Source: an uncultured bacterium
Lineage (GTDB): Bacteria > Cloacimonadota > Cloacimonadia > Cloacimonadales > Cloacimonadaceae
Direction of reading: 5' to 3'
Length of the DNA stretch: 64,000 bases
Assembly (NCBI GenBank): GCA_938009275.1
Contig: CALLHY010000030.1
Coordinates: 11,776 to 75,775, forward strand
Below, one piece after another: positions 10,655 to 20,606 of this stretch. Both the position numbers and the translations under genes were made by a program. A model generated the notes under the pieces. The model worked only from the letters and a program-made list of their open reading frames with translations. It was not told where the DNA came from and did not search any database. How positions within the stretch are numbered: position 1 is the stretch's first letter; the number at the start of each line of letters is the position of its first letter.

Positions 10655-10936
10655 CCTTGAACGAATTACTAATGAATTACCCATGAAATACGGATGAGAT
10701 ACGTAATTCATGCGTAATTCTAGCGTAAATCGTGCAGGCAGAATGTAGGCAGTAGCTTGTATTGTAACAACGGTGGGAGTATCGATGAACGAATATTTAT
10801 CAGGTCATCAATACTTATTGACAACGTTCGCCGATAATATGGAATGGTAATTGCACACAGTTTTGGTGGCTGTCTTTGATACACCATCGGGAGCGGTGTG
10901 CAAAGATAGCTAACTTTGAGACTTACAGGGGAGTAA

Positions 10937-12127
10937 ATGACTGTTCTGATTCTTGCGACGTTGCTTCTGGTGATAAACTGGATAATAGAATACCGGAGGC
11001 ATACCCGTAATGTGTTATCCATTCCTATCAGGATACACGTGAACGGTACCAGAGGGAAATCCAGTGTTACACGATTGATAGCCGCGGGATTGCGCGCTGG
11101 CGGAAAGCGGACAGTGGCAAAGATTACCGGAACCCTTCCCAGAGTGGTGATGCCTGATGGCCAGGAAGCGGCCATAATTCGCTTGATGGGAGCTAACATC
11201 ATTGAGCAAAAGTATATCTTCCGTCATGCTGTAAGTCATAAGCCTGATGCTATTGTAATCGAATGTATGGCGGTAAATCCGGTATTTCAATGGATAACCG
11301 AACGCAAGTTTATCCGTAGCACCATAGCCGTTATTACCAATTGCAGACCAGATCACCTTGATCTGATGGGCTCAACCGTGCAAAGCGTAACCATGAGCCT
11401 TAGCAACACCATTCCCCGTAATGGAGTATGTTATACAGCCGAACATGAACACTTTGGTATATTGGAAAAGGTGGCAAAGAGCAGAAACTGCAAGATACAT
11501 AAGATTAGACCAAGCGATGTCACTCAGGAAGAAGTGGATAGTTTTCAATATATTGAACACTTAGAAAATGTGCAACTTGCCTTGGCAGTTTGCGCGGAAG
11601 CAGGCGTGCCCCGAGAGATTGCTTTAAAGGGTATGCAAAAAGCCCATCCAGACCCAGGAGCTCTTAAAAAATACCGCATTGTTGATGGCAATAAAGTGAT
11701 AAACTTTTATAACATCTTCGCAGCCAACGACCCGCAATCTACTGTAAGCATTATAAACATGATTACAGGTAATTTGAAAGGGGTGGAGAAGATTGTTATC
11801 CTTAATAGTCGCGCCGATCGTTTGTTCCGCAGCCAGCAACTGGTTGAAGCCGTCAAAGATACAGACTACTCCTATATTCTATTAACCGGAGAAATCCCGG
11901 AGAAAGTAGAAACCTTCGCCTTGCAAGCAGGCATTCCGAAAGATAAGCTCTTTGCTCTGGGAGAGCCCCTTACGGAAGTGATATATCAGAAGGTACTGGA
12001 ATTGACCGGAACCGAAGCACATGTGCTTGGTATCGGAAACATAGCGGGAAACATAAAATATGGAGCACAGATTGTAGCCCATTTCAAGCATAAAATGAAA
12101 GATATTAATAAAAGGAGCCGTAAGTGA
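10937..12127 (+). CDS. pgsB: Poly-gamma-glutamate synthase PgsB/CapB (Mur-ligase-like amide ligase)
   Basis: GGGGAG RBS. IPIRIHVNGTRGKSSVTRLIAAGLRAGGKRTVAKITGT, IVIECMAVNP and VITNCRPDHLDLMG match the PgsB/CapB signature regions. Confidence 0.85.
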   Translation: MTVLILATLLLVINWIIEYRRHTRNVLSIPIRIHVNGTRGKSSVTRLIAAGLRAGGKRTVAKITGTLPRVVMPDGQEAAIIRLMGANIIEQKYIFRHAVSHKPDAIVIECMAVNPVFQWITERKFIRSTIAVITNCRPDHLDLMGSTVQSVTMSLSNTIPRNGVCYTAEHEHFGILEKVAKSRNCKIHKIRPSDVTQEEVDSFQYIEHLENVQLALAVCAEAGVPREIALKGMQKAHPDPGALKKYRIVDGNKVINFYNIFAANDPQSTVSIINMITGNLKGVEKIVILNSRADRLFRSQQLVEAVKDTDYSYILLTGEIPEKVETFALQAGIPKDKLFALGEPLTEVIYQKVLELTGTEAHVLGIGNIAGNIKYGAQIVAHFKHKMKDINKRSRK

Positions 12128-12579
12128 TAGATGCAGTAGTGCAAGCCGCAGTCGGAATCGGCGTAATAATCAGCTTAATCTTTAGTGAACTATTGGGAGC
12201 ATCAGCAGGTGGTATTGTTGTGCCAGGCTACTTAGCTCTATATTTGGATAAACCACTTCAGATACTTGGAACCCTGTTAATCAGTTTGGCAACATGGGGT
12301 ATAATACGCATTATTGGTAATTTTACCCTGCTTTTTGGTAAGCGTAGAATGGTGCTTAGTATCCTTATTGGCTTCATCTTGGGTTGGGCATCCAGAATGT
12401 TGGTGTTCAATGACCTTACTGTCACTCAGTTGCAAATGCAATCAATTGGCTACATAGTCCCAGGCCTTATTGCTAACTGGTTTGAACGTCAAGGCTTCCT
12501 AAAAACCATTTCTACAATGGGTATCGCTGCAGTATTAGTACGTTTGGTGCTGATGGTAGTGTTCCATGGGGAGATATAA
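12124..12579 (+). CDS. pgsC: Poly-gamma-glutamate biosynthesis membrane protein PgsC/CapC
   Basis: GTG start overlaps the pgsB stop (GTGA). The 151-aa protein is polytopic and contains SELLGASAGGIVVPGYLALYLD, typical of CapC/PgsC. Confidence 0.8.
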   Translation: MIDAVVQAAVGIGVIISLIFSELLGASAGGIVVPGYLALYLDKPLQILGTLLISLATWGIIRIIGNFTLLFGKRRMVLSILIGFILGWASRMLVFNDLTVTQLQMQSIGYIVPGLIANWFERQGFLKTISTMGIAAVLVRLVLMVVFHGEI

Positions 12580-12580
12580 T

Positions 12581-13702
12581 ATGTACCGCCCATCATTAAA
12601 ATCTGGTCGCTCCCTTGTAGCTCTATTTGTGCTGTCTGTAGTTCTGTTCTACATAGCACAGGTTAATTATGTTCATATTAAAACAGATAATTACGACATG
12701 AAAGTAGCAGCCGCTCAGTTAATGAAAAACGCCATTGATACATTGCAGGTGGAGCTACAAAACAGAAACATGGAGATTGACCCCATAGATGATCCGCTAA
12801 AGACCGGACTGATTGGAATGCGCCTTAGCTCTATTACTACCGATAGAGGATTGTTATCCGAAAAGCGGGCAGCTATTAACCCCAATATTGCTGCAATTTT
12901 CGTAGAAGAATTCACCAGGCTAAAACTGTCCCCGGGAGATCATATAGCGGTAGGTATTACTGGCAGTAACCCGGCAGTGAACCTGGCACTTTATTCCGCT
13001 ATCCAAGTAATGGGCTTGAATCCTAAGATAATTTTAGCCGTATCCTCCGCTTCTTATGGAGCTAACAGGGAAGACCTGACCTGGCTGGACATCGAAAGCA
13101 TAATGCGTGAAAAACGTTTATTCAATTTTAGCAGCTCTTATGCGTCATTGGGCGGCAAAGAAGACCTTGCGGTTGGTCTGTCGGACAATGGCATAACTGC
13201 CTTACGTGAAGCAATGAACAGAAACCAGGTACCATTATTGATGGGTTCCAGCTTAATGGATAACATAGATATCAGAATGGCAGCTTACGAAGAACTACTG
13301 CCAGCAGATCAAAGATATCAGCTATTCGTGAACGTAGGTACCGGCTTGGCTAACGTTGGTAGCGAACCTAACGCCAACCTGATCCCAGAAGGGGTAAATA
13401 GGAAGCTGGCAGAACGTGCCTACGAAAAAGAAGGCGTTATGATGAAAATGGCTAAGCGTAATGTAACGGTCTTGCACGTCCGCCGTATCCTGCGTTGGGC
13501 AAAGAAGTATGACCTGCCAGTAAGCATAGATACCATGCCCAAGGTTGGAGAAGGCAAGGTGTTTAGTTCGCTAATCCACAATCAAACCGTAAACGTTATC
13601 TGCTTGTTTGTCCTGCTTGCAGCCATAATAGCAGTAATAGTGTTTGATCGTCATGACCGGCGTTTTATGGCCAACATCGTAGATCCAGACGAAGAATTAT
13701 AA
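12581..13702 (+). CDS. Membrane-anchored protein in the PgsA position of the operon; possible poly-gamma-glutamate system protein, not CapA-like by eye
   Basis: ATG at 12581 follows GGGGAG (12568-12573). It has one N-terminal and one C-terminal TM helix. The assignment rests on operon position only. Confidence 0.45.
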   Translation: MYRPSLKSGRSLVALFVLSVVLFYIAQVNYVHIKTDNYDMKVAAAQLMKNAIDTLQVELQNRNMEIDPIDDPLKTGLIGMRLSSITTDRGLLSEKRAAINPNIAAIFVEEFTRLKLSPGDHIAVGITGSNPAVNLALYSAIQVMGLNPKIILAVSSASYGANREDLTWLDIESIMREKRLFNFSSSYASLGGKEDLAVGLSDNGITALREAMNRNQVPLLMGSSLMDNIDIRMAAYEELLPADQRYQLFVNVGTGLANVGSEPNANLIPEGVNRKLAERAYEKEGVMMKMAKRNVTVLHVRRILRWAKKYDLPVSIDTMPKVGEGKVFSSLIHNQTVNVICLFVLLAAIIAVIVFDRHDRRFMANIVDPDEEL

Positions 13703-13713
13703 GGAAAGTATAA

Positions 13714-14538
13714 ATGATTAAACGTATTGCAATAGCCCTGACCATCGTATTGTTCGGCTGCACTATGTATGCCCAAACCAAACCCAGGTACAAAGCTCTG
13801 AACTTCGATAATCCTGGCACCAGACGAGTATTGAAAACCGAAGCAGGAAGCTTCTATTACTATCGCTCATTGCCAGAAAAGTCTATGAAGCTAAACACCA
13901 ATGGCATTCAAAAGCTACAGCTTCGCAGCTTTAGCACCGAACCACTGCGCAAGCCAGAGCTGATCACCATTGTAGCCAAAACCAGAACCACTCACTCATT
14001 AAAGCAGATTGCAACAGTAAAAACCTATTCTGTTTACGAAGATATTATCATAGACTTGCCTGTCGATACCAAAAGCATCGAAGTATTATGCTACTCCAGA
14101 GCCGTATATATGCGCGCCTTCCACGTAATACCACCGAAGCCAGCAAAGGCTGTGAAGCTTGCCAATTTGGTGCTGAAAGCACATGGCGGAGCAGTAAGCC
14201 TATTGCATAACGGCTCAAGTAGTGATTACTACAGCTTCCTGCCTTCACAAGCTCTGAAGTTCAGCGTTAATAACAAACACAATGCCGTAGTTTATGTACG
14301 CCCGCGCCTTCTTGACCGCAGCACTCCAAAACTTGGATTATATAAGAATGGAGAACTGGTAGAAACCATAGAATTCAGTTTAAAAAGGACAAACAAATAC
14401 CGTGTTCAAGGCATCAAGAACCTTGGAGTTGCAAAAAAGATTGATCTACCCCACAATAGTAACAATAGTGAGTATGAATTAAAAGCACTTAGCGATCACT
14501 TGTTTATCGCCAAACCAGTGCTGATTAAACAAAAGTAA
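13714..14538 (+). CDS. Predicted lipoprotein of unknown function in the pgs operon
   Basis: The signal peptide carries a lipobox (IVLFGC). The gene starts 11 nt after the upstream gene. Confidence 0.55.
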   Translation: MIKRIAIALTIVLFGCTMYAQTKPRYKALNFDNPGTRRVLKTEAGSFYYYRSLPEKSMKLNTNGIQKLQLRSFSTEPLRKPELITIVAKTRTTHSLKQIATVKTYSVYEDIIIDLPVDTKSIEVLCYSRAVYMRAFHVIPPKPAKAVKLANLVLKAHGGAVSLLHNGSSSDYYSFLPSQALKFSVNNKHNAVVYVRPRLLDRSTPKLGLYKNGELVETIEFSLKRTNKYRVQGIKNLGVAKKIDLPHNSNNSEYELKALSDHLFIAKPVLIKQK

Positions 14539-14549
14539 ACGGAGTTTGA

Positions 14550-15605
14550 ATGGCACTTATCTCATCGAAACATAATTCGTCATCACAAACACCACGCCGA
14601 ACTGATAACAGGAATCTGTTTGTATTCGGTTTGATAGCAGCTTTAAGCTTCATTAGCAGCATCTTAGCCGCACAGATTACGGGCAGTGTGTCCATCTATG
14701 CGAACTATAGTGATAACGCCTTTCAGCTTTCGGACTATGATTTTGACCGCTATAATAACGATCACAGGCTGTTAGATTTTGTGGAGACAACTGATGATGT
14801 AAACCTTGGCACCCAGATTGAAATTGGCTACCCATTGCATTACCGATGGTGGAAGTTTACTCCATCTGTGGTTGCCAACATAAACCAGAACCTTAGCAAC
14901 ACAGAGAAATACCGCCGCGACTCCACCGTAAAATTAAGAATTGACCGGTATTATTGGTACCTTATTGCCCGCTATCAATACCAACCCCACATCTATTTCA
15001 GAGACTTTAATGATGGCGATGGCACTGATAATCTGGAAAACTATAGCTACAGCCGTAACACTACCCGAGCCGATCTGGCTATAAGACCGCTACGAAACAC
15101 CACAGTAAAGGCCAATTTCAGAGTGGAAGACTATCGCTATAATGAATTCTTTACCGAAGCTGATGGTCAGGCATTAACCGGAGGCTTGGGGATATCCTAT
15201 CGCTTCCCAACTTTTACAGTTGATGCAGGTGTGGATTACCGCACCTATGATAATGATAATCGCACCACCGAAGCCGATGCTTCCTATGATGCCAATATCT
15301 ACAAGGCTAAACTAACCATGCCCAGAATGCCCGTTTCCGATACGGGCCACATGACTTGGCAACCATCTTTAGGCATCAATTATCAGGAGAAGTTTTATCA
15401 AGGCGGAGGTTCCTGGTATGGTGGAAGAGCCGACTATACCTACTCCATGACCGCAGGATTCGAATGGTTTTTTAATCCTCGCATCAATTTATCGCTTGAC
15501 TACTCACATGTATTCCGTAGTGTAGAGTCCAATAATAGTTCTGTAGTACAGCTAAAGGAATACAGTGAAAACAAGTTCGGTGCGTCAGTGAACTATAAGT
15601 TCTAA
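14550..15605 (+). CDS. Predicted outer-membrane beta-barrel protein in the pgs operon
   Basis: N-terminal signal/anchor, an alternating Y/R/D/N-rich sequence, and a C-terminal ...SVNYKF with terminal Phe typical of OMPs. Confidence 0.5.
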   Translation: MALISSKHNSSSQTPRRTDNRNLFVFGLIAALSFISSILAAQITGSVSIYANYSDNAFQLSDYDFDRYNNDHRLLDFVETTDDVNLGTQIEIGYPLHYRWWKFTPSVVANINQNLSNTEKYRRDSTVKLRIDRYYWYLIARYQYQPHIYFRDFNDGDGTDNLENYSYSRNTTRADLAIRPLRNTTVKANFRVEDYRYNEFFTEADGQALTGGLGISYRFPTFTVDAGVDYRTYDNDNRTTEADASYDANIYKAKLTMPRMPVSDTGHMTWQPSLGINYQEKFYQGGGSWYGGRADYTYSMTAGFEWFFNPRINLSLDYSHVFRSVESNNSSVVQLKEYSENKFGASVNYKF

Positions 15606-15620
15606 ATAAGTGAGGTTATT

Positions 15621-15947
15621 ATGCAGTTTCGTCAAGAAGATAACAGCAAGAAGATAAAAGAGTTTCTCGATCTGGTAGAAAACCATAAGGTGGACATCCG
15701 GCATTACAAAAGCCCCGTATTAGTATGGGCTGTTCAGGATGGCACAACATACTATTCATTTTGGGATGCTGATATTCTGATGCGCTTTGGTTTAGAAAAT
15801 GTTGATGGGTGGGATTTCGAAGAAGACTTGCTATTTTGCCCCGATTGGATGGCCGATAATGAGGACGAAGACTTGGATGATCTGGACGATGACGATGATG
15901 ATGATCTGGGGCTGATCTGTAACCTCAAGATAGACAACAAAAAGTAA
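15621..15947 (+). CDS. Small, highly acidic hypothetical protein with a poly-Asp tract
   Basis: 108-aa ORF containing DNEDEDLDDLDDDDDDDLGL. It sits 15 nt from each neighbour in the same operon. Confidence 0.45.
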   Translation: MQFRQEDNSKKIKEFLDLVENHKVDIRHYKSPVLVWAVQDGTTYYSFWDADILMRFGLENVDGWDFEEDLLFCPDWMADNEDEDLDDLDDDDDDDLGLICNLKIDNKK

Positions 15948-15962
15948 TCACTCATTGGCAAT

Positions 15963-16970
15963 ATGCGCATAGCAATAATCGGAGGCGGAGGATGGGGGCT
16001 TGCCCTGGCCAAGCTGCTTCATGATAATCATCACTCGGTTATTGTTTGGGAACACAACCCCGGATTTGTAAAAATCCTACAAAACACTCACAGCAATCCG
16101 CATTTGTTAAAGGGAGTTAGTCTCCCCCATGCTGTGAGATTTACCGACGATTTTAATGCCATTGTAAATGAGCAATCTGATGTGCTTCTTCTGGCCACCC
16201 CCTCTCAATTCATCCGTTCCACTCTGCGCAAAATACCCTCCGAGCTTTGGGAATCCCCAAACCTAAAGGCAGTGGTGAATGTTGCCAAAGGTATCGAAGA
16301 CGGTAGTTTGCAAACCATAGATGCTATCCTGAAAGAGGAACTCCCCGATCATCTGTCTCACCTCATTTGCGCCCTTTCAGGGCCTTCACATGCCGAGGAA
16401 GTGGCAAAGAGACTACCAACCACTGTTGTGATTGCCGGGAGTAATGAAGACCTGTTAAAACAACTGCAAGAGGCATTTAGCAATTCATATTTCCGGGTTT
16501 ACCGCAGTGATGATCTTATCGGTGTAGAGATTGGCGGAGCAGTTAAGAATATTATTGCGATTGCTGCCGGCATCATCCGCGGTTTAGGATTTGGGGACAA
16601 TACCATAGGAGCTTTGCTTACGCGAGGGATTGTAGAAATCAGTCGGCTCGGAATAGCCATGAATGCTCGCCCCGAAACGTTTTTAGGCTTATCTGGTATA
16701 GGCGACTTGATTACCACAGCCACCAGCCCGCATAGCCGCAACCGGCATGTAGGTGTGGAGATTGGTAAGGGCAGAAGGCTTACCGATATTTTGTCTGAAA
16801 TGAGCATGGTTGCAGAGGGAGTAACCACCACGCGCAGCGTGCATATGCTGGCTAGAAAACTCGGTGTAGACATGCCAATCGTTGATCAAGTCTATGCAGT
16901 GTTGTTTGAAGATAAACCACCCCTTGATGCTATCTCGGAACTAATGACCAGAGAGCTAAAAGCCGAGTAA
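15963..16970 (+). CDS. gpsA: NAD(P)H-dependent glycerol-3-phosphate dehydrogenase
   Basis: MRIAIIGGGGWGLALA Rossmann start, with GVEIGGAVKNIIAIAAG and GLSGIGDLITT motifs. Confidence 0.9.
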   Translation: MRIAIIGGGGWGLALAKLLHDNHHSVIVWEHNPGFVKILQNTHSNPHLLKGVSLPHAVRFTDDFNAIVNEQSDVLLLATPSQFIRSTLRKIPSELWESPNLKAVVNVAKGIEDGSLQTIDAILKEELPDHLSHLICALSGPSHAEEVAKRLPTTVVIAGSNEDLLKQLQEAFSNSYFRVYRSDDLIGVEIGGAVKNIIAIAAGIIRGLGFGDNTIGALLTRGIVEISRLGIAMNARPETFLGLSGIGDLITTATSPHSRNRHVGVEIGKGRRLTDILSEMSMVAEGVTTTRSVHMLARKLGVDMPIVDQVYAVLFEDKPPLDAISELMTRELKAE

Positions 16971-17061
16971 GTAACTATCTGCAACCCTATTAGTTAAGCT
17001 TAACACAGCCTCAATGTTTTTGTAGAAACATATATCCAGCAACAACAATGGGATACTACTC

Positions 17062-17133
17062 CTTCCCTGCTTCTTCCTTGCAGCTCTCCTGTGTCGAACA
17101 GGGGATAGCAGCAAGGAAGCAGCAGGAAAGAAG
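17062..17133. repeat. Imperfect copy 2 of the long palindromic repeat, between convergent gpsA and murA
   Basis: cttccctgcttcttccttgcagctctcctgtgtcgaacaggggatagcagcaaggaagcagcaggaaagaag is roughly 90 percent identical by eye to 586-657. Confidence 0.85.
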
Positions 17134-17209
17134 CCAGTTACTGGTACAAAAGTAAGACTTCTACAGCGAGCGCAGCTTCGCTACCTCTGCACCTACAGGT
17201 TTCGGCAGC

Positions 17210-18463
17210 CTAGGAATCCATACGGGTAATCTTTGCTCCAATGGAGTTTAGCTTTTCTTCTATCCGGTCATAACCTCTATCGATATGATATATGCGGGAG
17301 ACTGTTGTAGTTCCCTGGGCAACGATACCTGCAAGTACCAGGGCAGCACTCGCTCGCAGATCGGTTGCCATTACCTCAGCTCCGCTAAGCTGCTCCACTC
17401 CCTTTATTGATGCCACGTTTCTATCCATTCTTATGTTTGCCTGCAAGCGGTTAAGCTCGGCAACATGCATAAAACGATCGGGGAAGATGGTATCTTCCAC
17501 AAAGCTAATACCTTCAGAGAGTGCCATTAACACGCTGAACTGTGCCTGTAAGTCAGTCGGGAAGCCCGGATGAGGCAGGGTTATGATGTTCACCGGCTTA
17601 ATTCTAAGGGGTGGGTTCACGCAGATAAAGTTCTCGCCGATGTCAAACTCACAGCCTGCTTCGCGCATCTTGTCCAATAGCGCAGTTAAGTGCAATGGCT
17701 CGCAGTTCTCCACCGTGACTGGTGAAGTGCTTAATGCTCCAGCAACCAGGAAAGTTCCAGCTTCGATGCGGTCAGGAATCATGGTCATTTCCACTGGGAA
17801 GAGATCATCAACTCCATCTATACAAAGTGTGGTAGTCCCCTTACCACTTATTCTGGCACCCATTTTGTTCAGTATATCTATGGTAGTATCCACTTCTGGT
17901 TCCATAGCAGCATTGTACATGCGTGTATGCCCCTTTGCCAATACTGCTGCCATTAAGGCATTTATTGTTGCGCCTACGCTGGACTTTTCGAAGTAGATAT
18001 CTCCACCAGTAAGCTGTTTAGCCTGAGCGTGAATGTATCCGTGCTCAATCTCGATTTTTGCACCCAAAGCTTCCATGGCTTTGAGGTGTAAGTCAACTGG
18101 TCTGGTGCCAATAGCGCAGCCGCCTGGGAACGATACTCTCGCCTCACCCAAACGTGCCAACAGAGGCCCCAAAACATATATGGAAGCACGCATTTTGCTA
18201 ACCAATTCATAGGGAGCTTCTGTATAGCACACATCTTTGGAGTCTATACTCATGCTGCCCTTGCCATAATCCACTCTGGCCCCAAGCACGCGCAATAGAT
18301 GAGCCATCGCTTTCAAATCATTAAGATTGGGGACATTACGTAGCACCGACTTTCCCGGTGCAAGTAAACAAGCCGCCATTATTGGCAATATGGCGTTCTT
18401 GGCTCCGCTAACCTGGATTGAGCCGCAGAGATTGCGGTTACCTTCAATTACAAATCGTTCCAT
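17210..18463 (-). CDS. murA: UDP-N-acetylglucosamine 1-carboxyvinyltransferase
   Basis: 417 aa. The sequence MERFVIEGNRNLCGSIQVSGAKNAILPIMAA...RASIYVLGPLLAR...GGCAIGTRPVD matches MurA along its full length. Confidence 0.95.
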   Translation of the reverse strand: MERFVIEGNRNLCGSIQVSGAKNAILPIMAACLLAPGKSVLRNVPNLNDLKAMAHLLRVLGARVDYGKGSMSIDSKDVCYTEAPYELVSKMRASIYVLGPLLARLGEARVSFPGGCAIGTRPVDLHLKAMEALGAKIEIEHGYIHAQAKQLTGGDIYFEKSSVGATINALMAAVLAKGHTRMYNAAMEPEVDTTIDILNKMGARISGKGTTTLCIDGVDDLFPVEMTMIPDRIEAGTFLVAGALSTSPVTVENCEPLHLTALLDKMREAGCEFDIGENFICVNPPLRIKPVNIITLPHPGFPTDLQAQFSVLMALSEGISFVEDTIFPDRFMHVAELNRLQANIRMDRNVASIKGVEQLSGAEVMATDLRASAALVLAGIVAQGTTTVSRIYHIDRGYDRIEEKLNSIGAKITRMDS

Positions 18464-18493
18464 CTATAAACCTCATTCATTATAATACTAAAC

Positions 18494-19315
18494 TTATGGG
18501 TACACCAGCAGATACCTGTTTCTGCCCTGTAAATCGGAATATGGATCAAATCTGCTATAACCCATCTTTTGAGAAAGAATACCAATGTCAGCCCGTTGCA
18601 AAGCTCCATGCTCCAAGGCAATGAAACCACTTGGACTTAGGTGTTGCCTTGCTCTACCTAGAATAGTCCGGTAGCAATCCAAGCCATCTTCCCCGCCGAA
18701 CAATGCCTTCCATGGCTCATGATCTTTAACCCGCGTACCAAGTTGTTCCATCTCTGTGGCTGTCACATACGGAGGATTTGAGATGATGGCATCGTATTTG
18801 TTACCATTATCGGGAAACATATCACCCTGATAAAAAGTGATATCTGTACGGCAATCGGATGCGTTTTTCTTAGCTATCTCCAGAGCCTTTGGGCAAATGT
18901 CTATCGCTTCTACACTCAAGCTGGGACACGAGCTCTTTAATGCGATGGCAATAGCCCCGCTGCCTGTGCCAATGTCCAAAACCCTGTAATAATTCTTTAG
19001 CCTGGATAAAGCAAGTTCTACCAAGCCTTCGGTTTCTGGCCGGGGGATTAACACTCCAGGAGCTACGCTTAGTTCATTGCCGAAAAATGCTGCTTTCCCC
19101 GTAATGTATTGGGGAGGCTCTCCTGCTATCAGACGGTTAAAATCGATCAGTGCTCGATCAATCTCCACCTCAGATAGCTTCTTGTCGGAATTCAATGTCA
19201 GTTGTGCCCTACTAATCCCCACGAGTGGTTCTAAAACATAAAAGAAATCTGCTTCCGGTATTGCGGAAGATGCAGCCAGAGTTTTAGCCCTGTTAATCAG
19301 GTCACCCAACGTCAT
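18494..19315 (-). CDS. prmC: Peptide chain release factor N5-glutamine methyltransferase (HemK/PrmC)
   Basis: VLDIGTGSGAIAIAL SAM motif and IISNPPYV catalytic motif. Confidence 0.85.
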   Translation of the reverse strand: MTLGDLINRAKTLAASSAIPEADFFYVLEPLVGISRAQLTLNSDKKLSEVEIDRALIDFNRLIAGEPPQYITGKAAFFGNELSVAPGVLIPRPETEGLVELALSRLKNYYRVLDIGTGSGAIAIALKSSCPSLSVEAIDICPKALEIAKKNASDCRTDITFYQGDMFPDNGNKYDAIISNPPYVTATEMEQLGTRVKDHEPWKALFGGEDGLDCYRTILGRARQHLSPSGFIALEHGALQRADIGILSQKMGYSRFDPYSDLQGRNRYLLVYP

Positions 19316-19317
19316 GC

Positions 19318-20229
19318 TTAACCGCTATTAGTAATTTTCTTGCTTACCGACACTCTCCTGCCACCTTTGGAGAATTCTAATGTATCGGCAAGGTGATATA
19401 GCATGGATATTCCTCTTCCGTGTTCGTCGAGATTCAGCTTTGGTTCCTCTACTACGCGCTTCAGCCATTCCTCATAATCAAAACCGGGGCCGTCATCTTC
19501 TACGGCAATCTTGATTGTGTGAGCTTGATGGTCTATGCAAAACTCAAAACGTAATCTCTTTGCGGCAATCTCGGGGCGAGATAACCGCTCAGCGATAATC
19601 TGCTGCATCCCATTATGATCCAGCATTCGTTCACTAATGCTTAGCCCCAGAGTGCCATGGATGAATGCATTGTATATCATCTCGTCTACACAGATAAGCA
19701 ACTCATTCAGCAGGTTATGATTAAGCTGGAAGCTTTGTCGCAAGTAAGCGTTGAACACCTTGGATACCGCAAACTTGGAGAAACGTTTGGGGTCGATAAC
19801 AAACTGGAATTGGGCCAATTCTGTGTTCTGATAAAAGTCGCTAAAGTCGTTTCTTGTTCGCTTGCGTTCCATTAAACCGTGAATGGAGCGAATAATCTGT
19901 TTGGTATCCACTGGTTTGCGGATAAAATCAGACGCACCCAGCCTGATAGCTTCGATGAAGTAGTCGTGATCCAGGTAGCCAGTCATTAGAATCACGTCCA
20001 ATTCACGATCATAATCCCTACGAACTTTACCAAGAAGATCAAGCCCGGTAATCCCTGGCATTTCGATGTCGCAAATGATGATATCATATTCACCACTGTG
20101 TATCCTGCGCAGGGCATCACTGCCATTGAAGGCAGAATCCACCTCATAACCACTAACTTTCAGGATGGTACTGAGGCTGTTGACGATGGCTATGCTATCA
20201 TCAACCACCAGGATTTTCGCCTGCTTCAT
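19318..20229 (-). CDS. Response-regulator receiver domain fused to an RsbW/SpoIIAB-like HATPase (anti-sigma-type Ser kinase) domain
   Basis: REC domain: KILVVDDS...IIICDIEMPG...DFIRKP. C-terminal N-box EMIYNAFIHG, G1 box VEDDGPGFD and G2 box GRGISML. Confidence 0.75.
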   Translation of the reverse strand: MKQAKILVVDDSIAIVNSLSTILKVSGYEVDSAFNGSDALRRIHSGEYDIIICDIEMPGITGLDLLGKVRRDYDRELDVILMTGYLDHDYFIEAIRLGASDFIRKPVDTKQIIRSIHGLMERKRTRNDFSDFYQNTELAQFQFVIDPKRFSKFAVSKVFNAYLRQSFQLNHNLLNELLICVDEMIYNAFIHGTLGLSISERMLDHNGMQQIIAERLSRPEIAAKRLRFEFCIDHQAHTIKIAVEDDGPGFDYEEWLKRVVEEPKLNLDEHGRGISMLYHLADTLEFSKGGRRVSVSKKITNSG

Positions 20230-20538
20230 TTACCCCAGATTAACAGTGAAAAGCTGGTTCAGTTTCAGCATCGAAAACAGCTCATAAACGCTGTTTGAAC
20301 TCCGAATCACCTCGATTTCACCACCAGTTGAAATAAAGTCTTTGTAGAATAAAAGAATCTTGCCAATGCCTGTGGAGCTAATATTTCGGCAATCGAACAA
20401 ATCAAGTTCTAACAGGTTAGCCTTAGAAGCAACTACTTCAGCTAGCTTCTCTTGCAAAACGTGGGCGTTCTCGCTGTTGAGTATACCTTCAATCTTCATG
20501 TTAGCAACGTTGCCACTAATAACGAGATCAATATTCAT
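20230..20538 (-). CDS. STAS-domain anti-sigma-factor antagonist (SpoIIAA/RsbV-like)
   Basis: The start at 20538 (MNIDLV) is preceded by GAGGT on the minus strand; the ORF could instead extend to 20574. Its stop abuts the start of the REC-kinase gene. Confidence 0.7.
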   Translation of the reverse strand: MNIDLVISGNVANMKIEGILNSENAHVLQEKLAEVVASKANLLELDLFDCRNISSTGIGKILLFYKDFISTGGEIEVIRSSNSVYELFSMLKLNQLFTVNLG

Positions 20539-20606
20539 GTGTACCTCACTCGGCTTTTTTTTCTTTGTTTTCATAGATTAAGACATCCGCATTGATTGTC
20601 AAGCAT

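Noticed and set aside
15752-16012. 86-aa minus-strand ORF with a poly-Ser run.
   Set aside because: It is the antisense reading of the poly-Asp (GAT/GAC) tract of the plus-strand gene. It also overlaps the gpsA start.
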